From: an uncultured Clostridia bacterium
Lineage (GTDB): Bacteria > Bacillota > Clostridia > TANB77 > CAG-508
DNA: 64,000 nt
Direction: 5' to 3'
NCBI GenBank assembly: GCA_944390975.1
Contig: CALXRX010000004.1
Coordinates: forward strand, 23,503-87,502
In this document: piece by piece, positions 48,530-58,721 of the stretch
How the letters are laid out: each line of letters starts with the position of its first letter
How positions within the stretch are numbered: the stretch's first letter is position 1
The notes under the pieces: model-generated
What the model was told of the DNA's origin: nothing
The model's input: the letters and a program-made list of their open reading frames with translations, nothing else
The model's database searches: none
Translations under genes and position numbers: made by a program

Positions 48530-50944
48530 TTATTCTTCTTTAGTAGTAGTTTGCTCTTTTTGCATATTTAGTTCTTGCCATCTTTCTTTTGTCATTAATA
48601 CTTGTCTAGGTTTACTTCCTTCGTAACCAGAAATAATTCCTCTTTCTTCCATTTGATCTATAATTCTTCCTGCTCTTGCGTAACCAACTTTAAACCTTCT
48701 TTGAATAAATGAAGCTGAAGCTTGTCCTGTTTCTACTACTGTTTCTATTGCATCCATAAGAAGTTCATCTGTATCATCATCTGTTTTATCTTTTTCAAGT
48801 TCTTTATCTGTACTGTTTGATTTTTCTATTGTTTCTAAAATATCTTCACTATATTGTACTTCTCCATTTGATTTTAAGAAGTCTACAATTTTTTCTACTT
48901 CTTTATCTGATACAAATGCTCCTTGTATTCTAGTAGGCTTTGGAGCCCCAGAAGGATAAAATAGCATATCACCTTTTCCTAGTAGTTTTTCTGCTCCTAC
49001 CATATCTAATATAGTTCTTGAATCTACTTGAGATGATACAGCAAATGCTATTCTTGATGGAATATTTGCTTTAATAATTCCTGTTATTACATCTACAGAT
49101 GGTCTTTGTGTAGCTATTACTAAATGCATACCTGCAGCCCTTGCCATTTGTGCAAGTCTACATATAGCATCTTCAACATCTTTTGCAGCTACCATCATTA
49201 AATCTGCAAGTTCATCTATTATTATTACTATTTGTGGTAATTTTTCTGCTGAGCCTTCTTTTTCAATTGCTTCATTATATCCTTTTATATCTCTTACCCC
49301 TTTTGCAGCAAATAGGCTATATCTGTTTACCATTTCTTGTACTGCCCATGATAAAGCTCCTGCTGCTTTTTTAGGATCTGTTACTACTGGGATAAGTAAA
49401 TGTGGAATTCCATTATATACTGATAACTCAACAACTTTTGGATCTACCATTACTAGTTTTACTTCACTTGGTTTGGCTTTATAAATTATGCTTGTAATAA
49501 GAGTATTTATACATACACTTTTTCCTGATCCTGTTGATCCTGCAATTAATACGTGTGGCATTTTTGCTATATCTGTTACTACTTCATTACCAGCAACATC
49601 TTTTCCTAATGCAAAAGCAAGTTTTGATTTATAATCTAAAAATGTTTCTGTTTCTAAAATATCTCTTAAATGTACTACTTGTGTTTCTTTATTTGGCACT
49701 TCTATTCCTACTGCTTGTTTTCCTGGTATTGGTGCTTCAATACGGATTGATTCTGCTGCTAAATTAAGTGCTATATCATCTGCTAAATTTGCTATTTTAC
49801 TTACTCTAACGCCTTCTGCTGGTTTTAGTTCATATCTTGTTATTGCTGGTCCTACTGAAACATTTTCAACTTTAGCAGATACTCCAAAACTATATAATGT
49901 TTTTTGTAGTTTTGTAGCATTATCAGCTATTGCTTTTTTACCACCTTTTAGTCCTTTTTCGTTCCCTTCACTTAATAATTGTATTGGTGGAAACTCATAA
50001 TGTTCATCTTCAACAGTTATTGTATGTTCTAAAACTAATACTTCTTTACTTTTGTCTTCTTTTACTGGTTGTTCTGTTTTAAATAAGTTTGCTTCTATTT
50101 CATTTGGTGATGAATTCTTTTTTTCTTCCATTCCTAAAGGAACTAAGTCGTCTTCACTGTGGTTGTATTTTTTTGGTTTATCACTTTTGTCATTAAGATT
50201 AATTGTTATTTGATCATCTAATGGGATATCTATTGATTCCTTTTTATTATTTCTCTTTAATGATTTTTTATTAATTTTCTTTAATTTTGGATTTATACCT
50301 TCTTCTTCAATTTCTTCATATTCATCTTCATCATCATATTCTAATCTTGCTTGTTTTCTTTCTTCAATTGCTTCTATAGCATTTGTTATAATTTTAGCTG
50401 GATGAATTCCAAACATGAAAATTAATACAAGAACTGCAATTCCTATTGATAATATAATTGCTCCTGTCATTCCTAAAAGTTCAACCATTGGAATTGCTGC
50501 AATTGCTCCAATTGCTCCTCCTCCTATATTTTTTTGTCCTAAATCATATGCTTGCTTTAGTATTGCTCCAAATTCTCCATTTATATCTATATTTCCTGTT
50601 GACATTTGATATATGCACATAATAACTGCTATGCACATTAAGAAAACTGCATATTGTATAAGCTTTGGAGTAAGCATTGCTTTTTTTTCACACGCTAAAT
50701 TAATTGCAATTGCAAATGTTCCTATTGGAACTATGTATTTCATCCACCCTATTATTCCTCCTAATATAGGGCTTAATGTTTTACCAATATACCCTGAATT
50801 TGTATATATTAAAACTGTTAACAATATGCTTATTATTATCATAGAAACTACAGCTAAATCTATATCTATTCCACTTTTCTTTTTTCTGGTATTAGTTCTT
50901 TTAGTTGTAGTTTTCTTTCTTTTTCCTTTTGCCATTAATTTCAT
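48530..50944 (-). CDS. ftsK: DNA translocase FtsK/SpoIIIE
   Basis: N-terminal TM segments, a linker, Walker A GSTGSGKS, IIIDELADLM and a C-terminal gamma wHTH (SFIQRRFKVGYARAGRIIDQME). The start may be the ATG at 50935. Confidence 0.96.
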   Translation of the reverse strand: MKLMAKGKRKKTTTKRTNTRKKKSGIDIDLAVVSMIIISILLTVLIYTNSGYIGKTLSPILGGIIGWMKYIVPIGTFAIAINLACEKKAMLTPKLIQYAVFLMCIAVIMCIYQMSTGNIDINGEFGAILKQAYDLGQKNIGGGAIGAIAAIPMVELLGMTGAIILSIGIAVLVLIFMFGIHPAKIITNAIEAIEERKQARLEYDDEDEYEEIEEEGINPKLKKINKKSLKRNNKKESIDIPLDDQITINLNDKSDKPKKYNHSEDDLVPLGMEEKKNSSPNEIEANLFKTEQPVKEDKSKEVLVLEHTITVEDEHYEFPPIQLLSEGNEKGLKGGKKAIADNATKLQKTLYSFGVSAKVENVSVGPAITRYELKPAEGVRVSKIANLADDIALNLAAESIRIEAPIPGKQAVGIEVPNKETQVVHLRDILETETFLDYKSKLAFALGKDVAGNEVVTDIAKMPHVLIAGSTGSGKSVCINTLITSIIYKAKPSEVKLVMVDPKVVELSVYNGIPHLLIPVVTDPKKAAGALSWAVQEMVNRYSLFAAKGVRDIKGYNEAIEKEGSAEKLPQIVIIIDELADLMMVAAKDVEDAICRLAQMARAAGMHLVIATQRPSVDVITGIIKANIPSRIAFAVSSQVDSRTILDMVGAEKLLGKGDMLFYPSGAPKPTRIQGAFVSDKEVEKIVDFLKSNGEVQYSEDILETIEKSNSTDKELEKDKTDDDTDELLMDAIETVVETGQASASFIQRRFKVGYARAGRIIDQMEERGIISGYEGSKPRQVLMTKERWQELNMQKEQTTTKEE

Positions 50945-50962
50945 CCTTTCTTTTTAATCAAG

Positions 50963-51017
50963 CAAAAAAAGAAATCGGATGCATTTATGATTGACTTTCG
51001 CTCTATCTCCGATTTCT
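50963..51017 (-). terminator. terminator-like hairpin immediately upstream of ftsK
   Basis: AGAAATCGGA (50970-50979) pairs with TCCGATTTCT (51008-51017) around a 28-nt loop. On the minus strand it is followed by TTTTTTT. Confidence 0.55.
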
Positions 51018-51026
51018 GACTTAAAT

Positions 51027-51464
51027 CTATTTTAATTCTTTACGATTGTTTTGAACTGTTTTTAGTGCATCTTCTAAAACAACTTCAATTTTACCTAGAA
51101 GATTGTCAGCATAATCTTTTGTCCCTTTTGATATTTCTCTAGACATTTCATTGGCTGTTTCTATAATTTGTGCTTTTTGTTCATATGCTTTTCTTGTAAT
51201 TTCATGTTCATCAATCATAGATATAATTCTGTTTTCTGCTTCTTTTACAATATCTTCTGCCTCTTTTTTGGCTTCAACAAGTATTCTGCCTCTTTCTTCT
51301 TTTACCCATTTTGCTTGTTTTAATTCATCTGGAAGCTTTATTCTTATTTCTTTAATTATATCTAGAATTTCTTCTCTATCTGCCATACATTTACCTGAAA
51401 AAGGTATTGTTTTACTTCTTTCTATTGCTTCTTCTAGAGCTTCTAACAGTGTAAATATTTCCAT
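51027..51464 (-). CDS. hypothetical coiled-coil protein (ATPase subunit H/b-like)
   Basis: 145 aa, highly charged and helical (KKEAEDIVKEAENRI...). It directly follows rsmD. Confidence 0.5.
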   Translation of the reverse strand: MEIFTLLEALEEAIERSKTIPFSGKCMADREEILDIIKEIRIKLPDELKQAKWVKEERGRILVEAKKEAEDIVKEAENRIISMIDEHEITRKAYEQKAQIIETANEMSREISKGTKDYADNLLGKIEVVLEDALKTVQNNRKELK

Positions 51465-51467
51465 TTT

Positions 51468-52022
51468 TTACCCCTTTCGATTTAAGAATATAAGTGTAAC
51501 TCTTCCATATTTTCTTAAATCATACACATTAACATTTATATTTTTTAGTTTTTCTAATTCTCTTTCTTTATTGTCTGTTTCTAAAACAATTATACCGTCA
51601 TCTTCTAAAAGGTTTAATAACATTATTTTAGATATTGCATCTACTGCAAGGTCTAATTTATATGGTGGATCAATAAAAATTAAATCAAATTTGCTTTCTT
51701 CTAACGAATTTAAAGCTTTGTTATAATCTGCATTTATAATTTGTGCTTTTTCTTGCAAATGAGTTTTTTCTAGATTTTTGTTTATTATTTTTATTGCATA
51801 ATTGGATTTATCACACAATATTGCTTTGCTTGCTCCTCTACTTAATGCTTCTATTGCTAAAGCTCCACTACCAGCAAATAAGTCTAATACTTTTGCTCCT
51901 CCAATTTTTGTTTGTATTATATTAAATAATGCTTCTTTTACTCTATCTAATGTTGGTCTTGTAGAATTTCCTTCAAGTGTTTCTATTTTTGTTCCTCTTG
52001 CTATGCCACTAATTACTCTCAT
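51468..52022 (-). CDS. rsmD: 16S rRNA (guanine966-N2)-methyltransferase
   Basis: RVISG..RG......G..TRPT.DRVKEALFN, DLFAGSGALAIEALSRGA and the DPPY motif (FIDPPY). Confidence 0.88.
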   Translation of the reverse strand: MRVISGIARGTKIETLEGNSTRPTLDRVKEALFNIIQTKIGGAKVLDLFAGSGALAIEALSRGASKAILCDKSNYAIKIINKNLEKTHLQEKAQIINADYNKALNSLEESKFDLIFIDPPYKLDLAVDAISKIMLLNLLEDDGIIVLETDNKERELEKLKNINVNVYDLRKYGRVTLIFLNRKG

Positions 52023-52179
52023 ATTTTTTTCCTTTTTATATATCTATTTTATTCGTTTTTTCTAATAAGTCAATAGTATTAATAGAATTGTAACATACAT
52101 TTAACAATTCTGTAACAAAGACAATATAAGACAATAAAGACAGAAATAATCTGTCTTTATTTGTCTTTTGTATATTTTA

Positions 52180-52629
52180 TTAATCTTTATTTATATCTTT
52201 TAATAACTCTAATTGTGATATTAGTAATGCTTCCATTTTTGCTTTATATATATCAAATTGTTTTTGTGCATCTTCTAATTCTTTTCTTTTCATTATTATT
52301 TGTTGTTCTAATGCTGTTGCTTCTTTACGTGCATTTATTTGTGCATCATTTACAATTTGGTCTGCTTGTTGTTTTGCTACTTTTTTTACTTCCTCTGCTG
52401 TAGATTGAGCCATTAACAAAGTATTTTGTAATGTGTTTTCTATTGTTTGGTAGTGAACTAAGTCTTCATTTAAGTCTTCTACTCTTGTTCTAAGTTCTGT
52501 GTTTTCTTTATATATTTTTTCATAGTCTTGTGTTAAAATGTCTAAAAACTCATCCACTTCGTCTACATTATATCCATTAACCATTTGTTTTGAAAATTTT
52601 TTATTTTCTATTTCTAAAGGTGTTAACAT
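52180..52629 (-). CDS. divIVA: DivIVA domain cell-division protein
   Basis: MLTPLEIENKKFSKQMVNGYNVDEVDEFLD is the canonical DivIVA N-terminus, followed by coiled coil. Confidence 0.88.
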   Translation of the reverse strand: MLTPLEIENKKFSKQMVNGYNVDEVDEFLDILTQDYEKIYKENTELRTRVEDLNEDLVHYQTIENTLQNTLLMAQSTAEEVKKVAKQQADQIVNDAQINARKEATALEQQIIMKRKELEDAQKQFDIYKAKMEALLISQLELLKDINKD

Positions 52630-52647
52630 ACTATCCTCCTAATTAGT

Positions 52648-53118
52648 TTAGTTGTTTTTTAGCCATGATACAGATAATTTATTTTTAATTTCTTCTCTTG
52701 CCATTTCATTTGAAATTTCATAATTGGTTGGTGCAATTAAAAAGATTGAGTTTGAAATTTTTTGTATATGACCATCTAATGCATGAACTGCACCACTAAT
52801 AAAGTCTACTACTCTTCTAGCAACATCTTTATTTACATATTCTAAATTAACAATAACTGATTTTCTTTCTTTTAAATAGTTACATATTTCTTCTGATTGC
52901 TCAAAAGTTGTTGGTTGTGATATTACCATTTTTATTTGTTGAACTTGTGGCATGTTTACAACTTTTGGCTTTCTTCCAAATATTTTATTTATTCCTTCTG
53001 TTTCTTCTTCTTCCTCTTCATAGTCATAATCATATGCTTTATCTTCTAATTCTTCTGCTTCCTCTGAATTTTCAATTCCAAAAAAATCCCAAATTTTATT
53101 CATTACAGCTCCTGCCAT
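52648..53118 (-). CDS. sepF: cell division protein SepF
   Basis: N-terminal MxxIWDFFG and the conserved C-terminal core (SEEICNYLKERKSVIVNL.....ARRVVDFISGAVHALDGHIQKI). Confidence 0.88.
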   Translation of the reverse strand: MAGAVMNKIWDFFGIENSEEAEELEDKAYDYDYEEEEEETEGINKIFGRKPKVVNMPQVQQIKMVISQPTTFEQSEEICNYLKERKSVIVNLEYVNKDVARRVVDFISGAVHALDGHIQKISNSIFLIAPTNYEISNEMAREEIKNKLSVSWLKNN

Positions 53119-53239
53119 TTTATTAACCTCCTAAATTTCTCCTTGGTATTTGTTAATAGTATCTTACTTTTTGATAATATTGTCAATACCTTTTATGATT
53201 GTAATTCATTTTTAACATTTTTGTAATATTATTGTAATA

Positions 53240-54532
53240 TTATGTTTTTGGGTTTATTAGTATTTCATCATGTAAAACTATGCTTTTTGCTGCACTAATT
53301 TCATCATCTGTGTATCCAAAATCTTCTTTTAGTTCTTCTTGTGTGTAGTTTGTTATTATTGAATATGTTTCATTTTGTTTTAATACTTTTACTAGAATTT
53401 TGTCTGTATACCCCATTCTATTTCTTACTATATAGTATATGTCTTGTCCTTCTAGTTTACTTCCTTGTTCTGCTGTTTCTTTTATTAATGCATCATTTGG
53501 AACTTTTAACCCACTATAACTCCACCATATTATATCAAATGTTATTTTTCTATAACTTGCTAATAAATCTAGTCCTTCTTCAACTTTAAATATTATTAGT
53601 TTTGAATTTTCTTCTTCTATAATATATTCTATTTCAGCATCTATTTCTTCTGAATTTGATAATCGAAGTGTAACTTTATCTCCAACTTCTGCATCTTTTG
53701 CTTGCTGTGATTCTAAAGAGGTTGCAATATATGCTTCAAAGTTGTTTATAATTTTTCCGCTTTCATCACTTGTAGCAATAATTTCTCCTGTTTTTAAATT
53801 AAAACTTTCCAGAAATTTTTTATTTAGTGCTGAAAAACTTTCAGGTGTTAGAACGTCTTCTAGACCATCTACTCTATATGAAACAATTCCACTTTCTGGT
53901 GCATTTACATATTCCGCTCCTGAATTTAAACTGTTTTCATAAGAACTTCTTTCTTCAATTAATTTTCTAATATATGATCCTGAAGGACTTAATTCTCCTG
54001 CTATTTTTGCTTTTTTTGTTATTTTACTATTTATATCTTTTTTATATTCTTCTATTTTTTGTACATCTTTTAATTGTGCAAGTTCAATTAATTGTTGTTG
54101 AATTTGATTTTCTAATACTTTCATGTCGCTAGAAGGTAGGCTTGTTTTGCTTTCATTATCCATAGCTTCTTGTATTTTCACATCTAAATCTTGTATCTTT
54201 TTTATTAATGTTTCTTCATTATTACTATAGTAGCGAAAAATAGAATCTCCTTTTGCAACTCTATCTCCTTCTGATTTTATTTGTATCATTCCATTTTTAT
54301 AATTATTGCCTTGTACTACTATTTCATCCCTAATTACATAGCCTACTGCACTTTCATCTTGTGATAAACTTCCATTTTCTATTACAAAAACATCAGTAGG
54401 TTGTTTTATTAGTTGTATTATGGAGTAAACAAAATATACCAGTATTACTAATCCAATTATATATGCAATTGTTACTTTTTTCATATTTTTTTTTGGCATA
54501 TCTTTATTATTAATTTTACCTATTTTTTTCAA
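53240..54532 (-). CDS. HlyD-like membrane-fusion/barrel-sandwich hybrid protein
   Basis: N-terminal TM, a lipoyl-like motif (VAKGDSIFRYY) and a central coiled coil. It overlaps the miaA stop by 4 nt. Confidence 0.5.
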   Translation of the reverse strand: MKKIGKINNKDMPKKNMKKVTIAYIIGLVILVYFVYSIIQLIKQPTDVFVIENGSLSQDESAVGYVIRDEIVVQGNNYKNGMIQIKSEGDRVAKGDSIFRYYSNNEETLIKKIQDLDVKIQEAMDNESKTSLPSSDMKVLENQIQQQLIELAQLKDVQKIEEYKKDINSKITKKAKIAGELSPSGSYIRKLIEERSSYENSLNSGAEYVNAPESGIVSYRVDGLEDVLTPESFSALNKKFLESFNLKTGEIIATSDESGKIINNFEAYIATSLESQQAKDAEVGDKVTLRLSNSEEIDAEIEYIIEEENSKLIIFKVEEGLDLLASYRKITFDIIWWSYSGLKVPNDALIKETAEQGSKLEGQDIYYIVRNRMGYTDKILVKVLKQNETYSIITNYTQEELKEDFGYTDDEISAAKSIVLHDEILINPKT

Positions 54533-55446
54533 TTTATTCCCTCCAAAATAATATTAATATTATTTTGTATATTTTCCATTCCATCTAACCAAATTGTTTG
54601 TTTGTTTTTCCTAAACCAAGTTAGTTGCCTTTTAGCATATCTTCTTGTTTCTTGTTTTACTTTTTCTATTGCTTCTTCTTTTGTTAAATGTCCGTCTAAA
54701 TATTGTTTTATTTCTTTATATCCAAGTGCTTGCATTGCTGTTGGATATTTTTTATATTTTTTGCTTATATTTTCTACTTCTTCTATTAGTCCTTGTTCTA
54801 CCATAATATCTACTCTTTTATTTATTCTATCGTATAGAATTGGTCTTTCTATATTTATAGCATATATTTTATAATCATATGGTACTTCATTTTTTCTTGA
54901 TAAAATTTCTTGTTCTGTTTTAGTTTTTCCAGTAGATTTGTATATTTCTAATATTCTTATTATTCTTTTTTTATCGTTTTTGCTTATATTTTTTATGGCC
55001 TCTTCATCTATTTCTTTTGCTTTATTATATAATACTTCTAACCCTTCATTTTGTATTATTTTTTCAAGTTTTTTTCTGTATTCTTCATCATACTCTATTT
55101 CTTCATATTCAATATTATAAATTAGTGAATCTATATATAGTCCAGTGCCGCCAACAACAATTGGTGTTTTACCTTTTTTTATTATCTCTTCTATGCACAA
55201 TGTTGCTTGCTTTTTATATTCTGCTACACTGTATCTTTCCTCTGGTGATAGAAAGTCTAGCATATAATGCTTTATTCCTTCCATTTCTTTGGTTGTAGGT
55301 TTGGCACTTCCTATATCCATATCTTTATATATTTGCATTGAATCTGCTGATACAATTTCACCATCAATTTGTTTTGCAAGTTTAATTGATAAAGCAGTTT
55401 TTCCTGATGCTGTAGGTCCACATATTACAATTACTTTTGGCTTCAT
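54529..55446 (-). CDS. miaA: tRNA dimethylallyltransferase
   Basis: P-loop ICGPTASGKT, DSMQIYKDMDIGSAKPT and RQLTWF. Confidence 0.96.
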   Translation of the reverse strand: MKPKVIVICGPTASGKTALSIKLAKQIDGEIVSADSMQIYKDMDIGSAKPTTKEMEGIKHYMLDFLSPEERYSVAEYKKQATLCIEEIIKKGKTPIVVGGTGLYIDSLIYNIEYEEIEYDEEYRKKLEKIIQNEGLEVLYNKAKEIDEEAIKNISKNDKKRIIRILEIYKSTGKTKTEQEILSRKNEVPYDYKIYAINIERPILYDRINKRVDIMVEQGLIEEVENISKKYKKYPTAMQALGYKEIKQYLDGHLTKEEAIEKVKQETRRYAKRQLTWFRKNKQTIWLDGMENIQNNINIILEGIN

Positions 55447-55469
55447 TTTTCCCCCAATTTTTTATATAA

Positions 55470-55886
55470 TTATACATTCCTTAATAACCCAATTTGAAAG
55501 TCTTTTATATAGTTAAGCTCAAATATTACAATTAAAATTAATATTATACATAATATAATTAATCTTTTCTTTAATTGTTGCTCATCAATTCTGTTATCTT
55601 TGTATTTATTTAATAAATTACATATATATGGTATAAATATTATAGAGTTTATTGGTGAAAATAATAATATTGATGTATTTCTTATTATACTTACATATTG
55701 TGTATTTTCTATGTCTATATTGTTAGAACTTATACAACAAATAATTATTGTTAAAATAAGTGTTATTATAAATCCTATTATTATAGTTTTTATTTTTTTG
55801 CTTTTATCAAAATTATACATGTTATGATATATCATAAACCCTGCTATTACATATATGATAAACGATATAATAAATATAATTGGCAT
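55470..55886 (-). CDS. hypothetical integral membrane protein
   Basis: 138 aa with four hydrophobic segments, located between mutL and miaA. Confidence 0.45.
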   Translation of the reverse strand: MPIIFIISFIIYVIAGFMIYHNMYNFDKSKKIKTIIIGFIITLILTIIICCISSNNIDIENTQYVSIIRNTSILLFSPINSIIFIPYICNLLNKYKDNRIDEQQLKKRLIILCIILILIVIFELNYIKDFQIGLLRNV

Positions 55887-55895
55887 ATCTTCTCC

Positions 55896-58325
55896 TTATT
55901 TTCTCCTTGCGAATTTTCTTTCAATATCTTTTTTATCCATTTTAATTGCTGTTGGTCTTCCATGTGGGCATGTAAACGGATTTGGTAGTTTTAATAAATC
56001 TTTCATTAGGCTATCTACTTCTTCATTTGTTAAATCCATATTAGCTTTTACTGCTGCTTTACATGCTACTGTTGCTATAAATCTTTCTTCAATTTCTTGT
56101 TTTGCAGTTCTTGCTACCTGATTTATTTCATCTAAAGTTTCTAAAAATAGTTCTTTTGTGTCTAAATCTAAGCAAATATTTGGAACTCCACTTACTTTTA
56201 TGGTATTATCTCCAAATTCTTCTAATACAAATCCTGCTTTTTCAAACATTTCATAATTGTCTTTTAATATATCTAATTCTCTATGTGTTAATGTAATTAT
56301 ATCTGGTAATAATAACATTTGAGAATCTTTATTTGAATCTGAATAATAGTTTTCTTTTACTCTTTCATACATTACTCTTTCATGTGCAGCATGTTGATCT
56401 ATTATATATAATTCGTTTTGTATTTCAATTATTATGTATGTACTAAATGCTATTCCTACTAATTTATATGTTGGTGTTTCATATTCTTTAGTGTTTTCAA
56501 ACATTGAAACATTGTTATCTTTTATTAGTTCATATGCACTAATTTTTTCTTCTTCTTTTTTCTTTTCTTCTTCTACAGATGCTGGTAATTTTCCAAATAT
56601 CTTTTCATACATATTAGCAAATTCTGGACTTTTTTCTACATCATCTATTTTTTCTAGTTTGTCCATCATTTCATTAATTTCTTCATTTGTAAAATTATTT
56701 GTTTCTTGTAATTTTGTTTCTTCTTTTTCTTGTTTTAAAAGTACATCCTCATTTTCATTATTGTTTATATCTATATTATTTTGGCTATCTTCTGATTCAT
56801 TTTGTATTATTTCATAGTTTTGTGTTTCTTCTTTTATTTTTAATTCTTCATTTTCTTTTTCTTTTTCATTTATTATATTGTTTTCGTTTTGATTTTCTTT
56901 TGTTAAATCATTTTTACCTTCTACTATTGTATCATTTTTTAGAATTTCAAAAGTATTATCTTCTTGAATTTGTTTTGTATTTTGTATAAGTGTATCTATA
57001 TTTGTTTGTAAGTTTGGATTATTTTGTGTTTCTTCTTTCAAACGTTGTTGCATTGCTATTAATTCTTTAAAAACATCCATTTTTTTGTCTTGGCTTGTAG
57101 TTTTATTTTGTTTTGTGTTTTCACCGTTTCTTTCTATTTTCTCATACTTTGGCTCAGCATATTCCTTTTTATTATATATTTGCTCAATAATATTATTTGA
57201 ATTTGAATATGTATTATCTTTTTCTTCATTTTTTGTAATTTTTCTGAATAAGTCTGTAATATTATTTTTTGGCAGGCTATTTCTTTTTTCTTCACTTTCT
57301 ATTTGTTCTACTGTTTTTTCTGTATTTGCAATTAATTCTGCTTTTAATAATGTATCTCTTATTGCATGATAAATTGCTTTAAATACTTTATTTTCCTCTT
57401 GAAATCTAACTTCTAATTTTGCTGGATGTACATTTACATCCACTTTTGATGGCTCAATATCTATATTTAATACTAAGAAACCATATTTTCCAATTGGAAG
57501 TAATCCTTTAAAACTGTTTTCAGCTGCTCCTGACAATGTTTTGTCTTTTACATATCTTTGATTTACAAAGAATATTTGATATGAGCGGTTGGATCTTGCT
57601 ATTTCTGGTTTTCCAACAACCCCTGTAACATGAATTTCTTCATATCTATAGTCTACATCTAGAATGCTATTTGCTATATCTTTTCCATATATTGCATAAA
57701 TTACGTCTTGCATTTTTCCGTTTCCAGAAGTTTGTATAACAGTTTTTCCATTGTTTATTAATTTAAATGCTATTTCTGGATGTATTAATGCAAGTCTTGT
57801 TATTGCATCTTCTATATATCCAGATTCTGTGTAGTCTTTTTTTAAGAATTTGTATCTTACTGGTGTATTGAAAAATAAATTTTTAACTGTTATTGTTGTT
57901 CCAACTTGGCATCCTGTTTGTTCAAATGAAAGCACTTTTCCTGCTTCTACTATAATTTTGTTTCCTATTTCTTGGTCTTGTGTTCTTGAAATCATTTCTA
58001 CATTTGCAACTGCCGAAATACTTGCAAGAGCCTCTCCTCTAAATCCCATTGATTTAACTTTATCTAAATCTTCTGCATTTCTTATTTTACTTGTAGCATG
58101 CCTTTCAAAAGATATTTCCATATCATCTTCAGAAATTCCTTTTCCATTATCTGTTACTCGAATATATGTTATTCCTCCGTTTTTTATTTCTACACTTATA
58201 TTTTTTGCATTTGCATCTATTGAATTTTCAACCATTTCTTTTATTACAGATGCTGGCCTTTCTATTACTTCTCCTGCTGCAATTTTATTTATAGTTAGTT
58301 CATCTAATAATACAATATTGCCCAT
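55896..58325 (-). CDS. mutL: DNA mismatch repair protein MutL (unusually long linker)
   Basis: GHKL ATPase N-terminus (INKIAAGEVIERPASVIKEMVENSIDA, DNGKGI). The C-terminal endonuclease/dimerisation domain has DQHAAHERV and FTCPHGRP. Confidence 0.96.
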   Translation of the reverse strand: MGNIVLLDELTINKIAAGEVIERPASVIKEMVENSIDANAKNISVEIKNGGITYIRVTDNGKGISEDDMEISFERHATSKIRNAEDLDKVKSMGFRGEALASISAVANVEMISRTQDQEIGNKIIVEAGKVLSFEQTGCQVGTTITVKNLFFNTPVRYKFLKKDYTESGYIEDAITRLALIHPEIAFKLINNGKTVIQTSGNGKMQDVIYAIYGKDIANSILDVDYRYEEIHVTGVVGKPEIARSNRSYQIFFVNQRYVKDKTLSGAAENSFKGLLPIGKYGFLVLNIDIEPSKVDVNVHPAKLEVRFQEENKVFKAIYHAIRDTLLKAELIANTEKTVEQIESEEKRNSLPKNNITDLFRKITKNEEKDNTYSNSNNIIEQIYNKKEYAEPKYEKIERNGENTKQNKTTSQDKKMDVFKELIAMQQRLKEETQNNPNLQTNIDTLIQNTKQIQEDNTFEILKNDTIVEGKNDLTKENQNENNIINEKEKENEELKIKEETQNYEIIQNESEDSQNNIDINNNENEDVLLKQEKEETKLQETNNFTNEEINEMMDKLEKIDDVEKSPEFANMYEKIFGKLPASVEEEKKKEEEKISAYELIKDNNVSMFENTKEYETPTYKLVGIAFSTYIIIEIQNELYIIDQHAAHERVMYERVKENYYSDSNKDSQMLLLPDIITLTHRELDILKDNYEMFEKAGFVLEEFGDNTIKVSGVPNICLDLDTKELFLETLDEINQVARTAKQEIEERFIATVACKAAVKANMDLTNEEVDSLMKDLLKLPNPFTCPHGRPTAIKMDKKDIERKFARRK

Positions 58326-58561
58326 ATATTTCTCCTTCTTCCTTAGCTTATAACTTTATATGGATTATATCATTTATTGTTATTTTTTGTATAGTTTTTT
58401 GAAATATTTTCTTTTAATTTTTAGAATTTTATTGTTACTGTTCAGTCTATTTTACTTTTTAAAATGACTAATTATTTGTGTAACACTTTTTTTAGTTTAA
58501 GAATAGTATATATCATACAAAAGAACAAAAAACTTAGTTCTTTACAGGGAGGTTGCTTATA

Positions 58562-58663
58562 ATGGGAAGTTGTTGTAACAGTGAGATTTTGTGGTTCATT
58601 ATCTTATTTTTACTGCTTTTCTGTAACTGCAATAACAACTGTTGCAGATGTGATTGCAACTAG
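58562..58663 (+). CDS. 33-aa Cys-rich tiny membrane peptide
   Basis: MGSCCNSEILWFIILFLLLFCNCNNNCCRCDCN. AGGGAGG lies 9 nt before the ATG. It is below the ORF-track cut-off. It has the same architecture as the next peptide. Confidence 0.45.
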   Translation: MGSCCNSEILWFIILFLLLFCNCNNNCCRCDCN

Positions 58664-58721
58664 TATTAAAGCCCTTAACAGAAAAGTACATTTCAATTAT
58701 TTTTGAAAGGGGGGAAATATT

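Noticed and set aside
58480-58530. A possible sigma-E/K-type promoter (CATACA -10-like element) upstream of the Cys-rich peptides.
   Set aside because: Only the -10-like hexamer is recognisable and I cannot place a matching -35. It is mentioned in the finding but not annotated as a feature.
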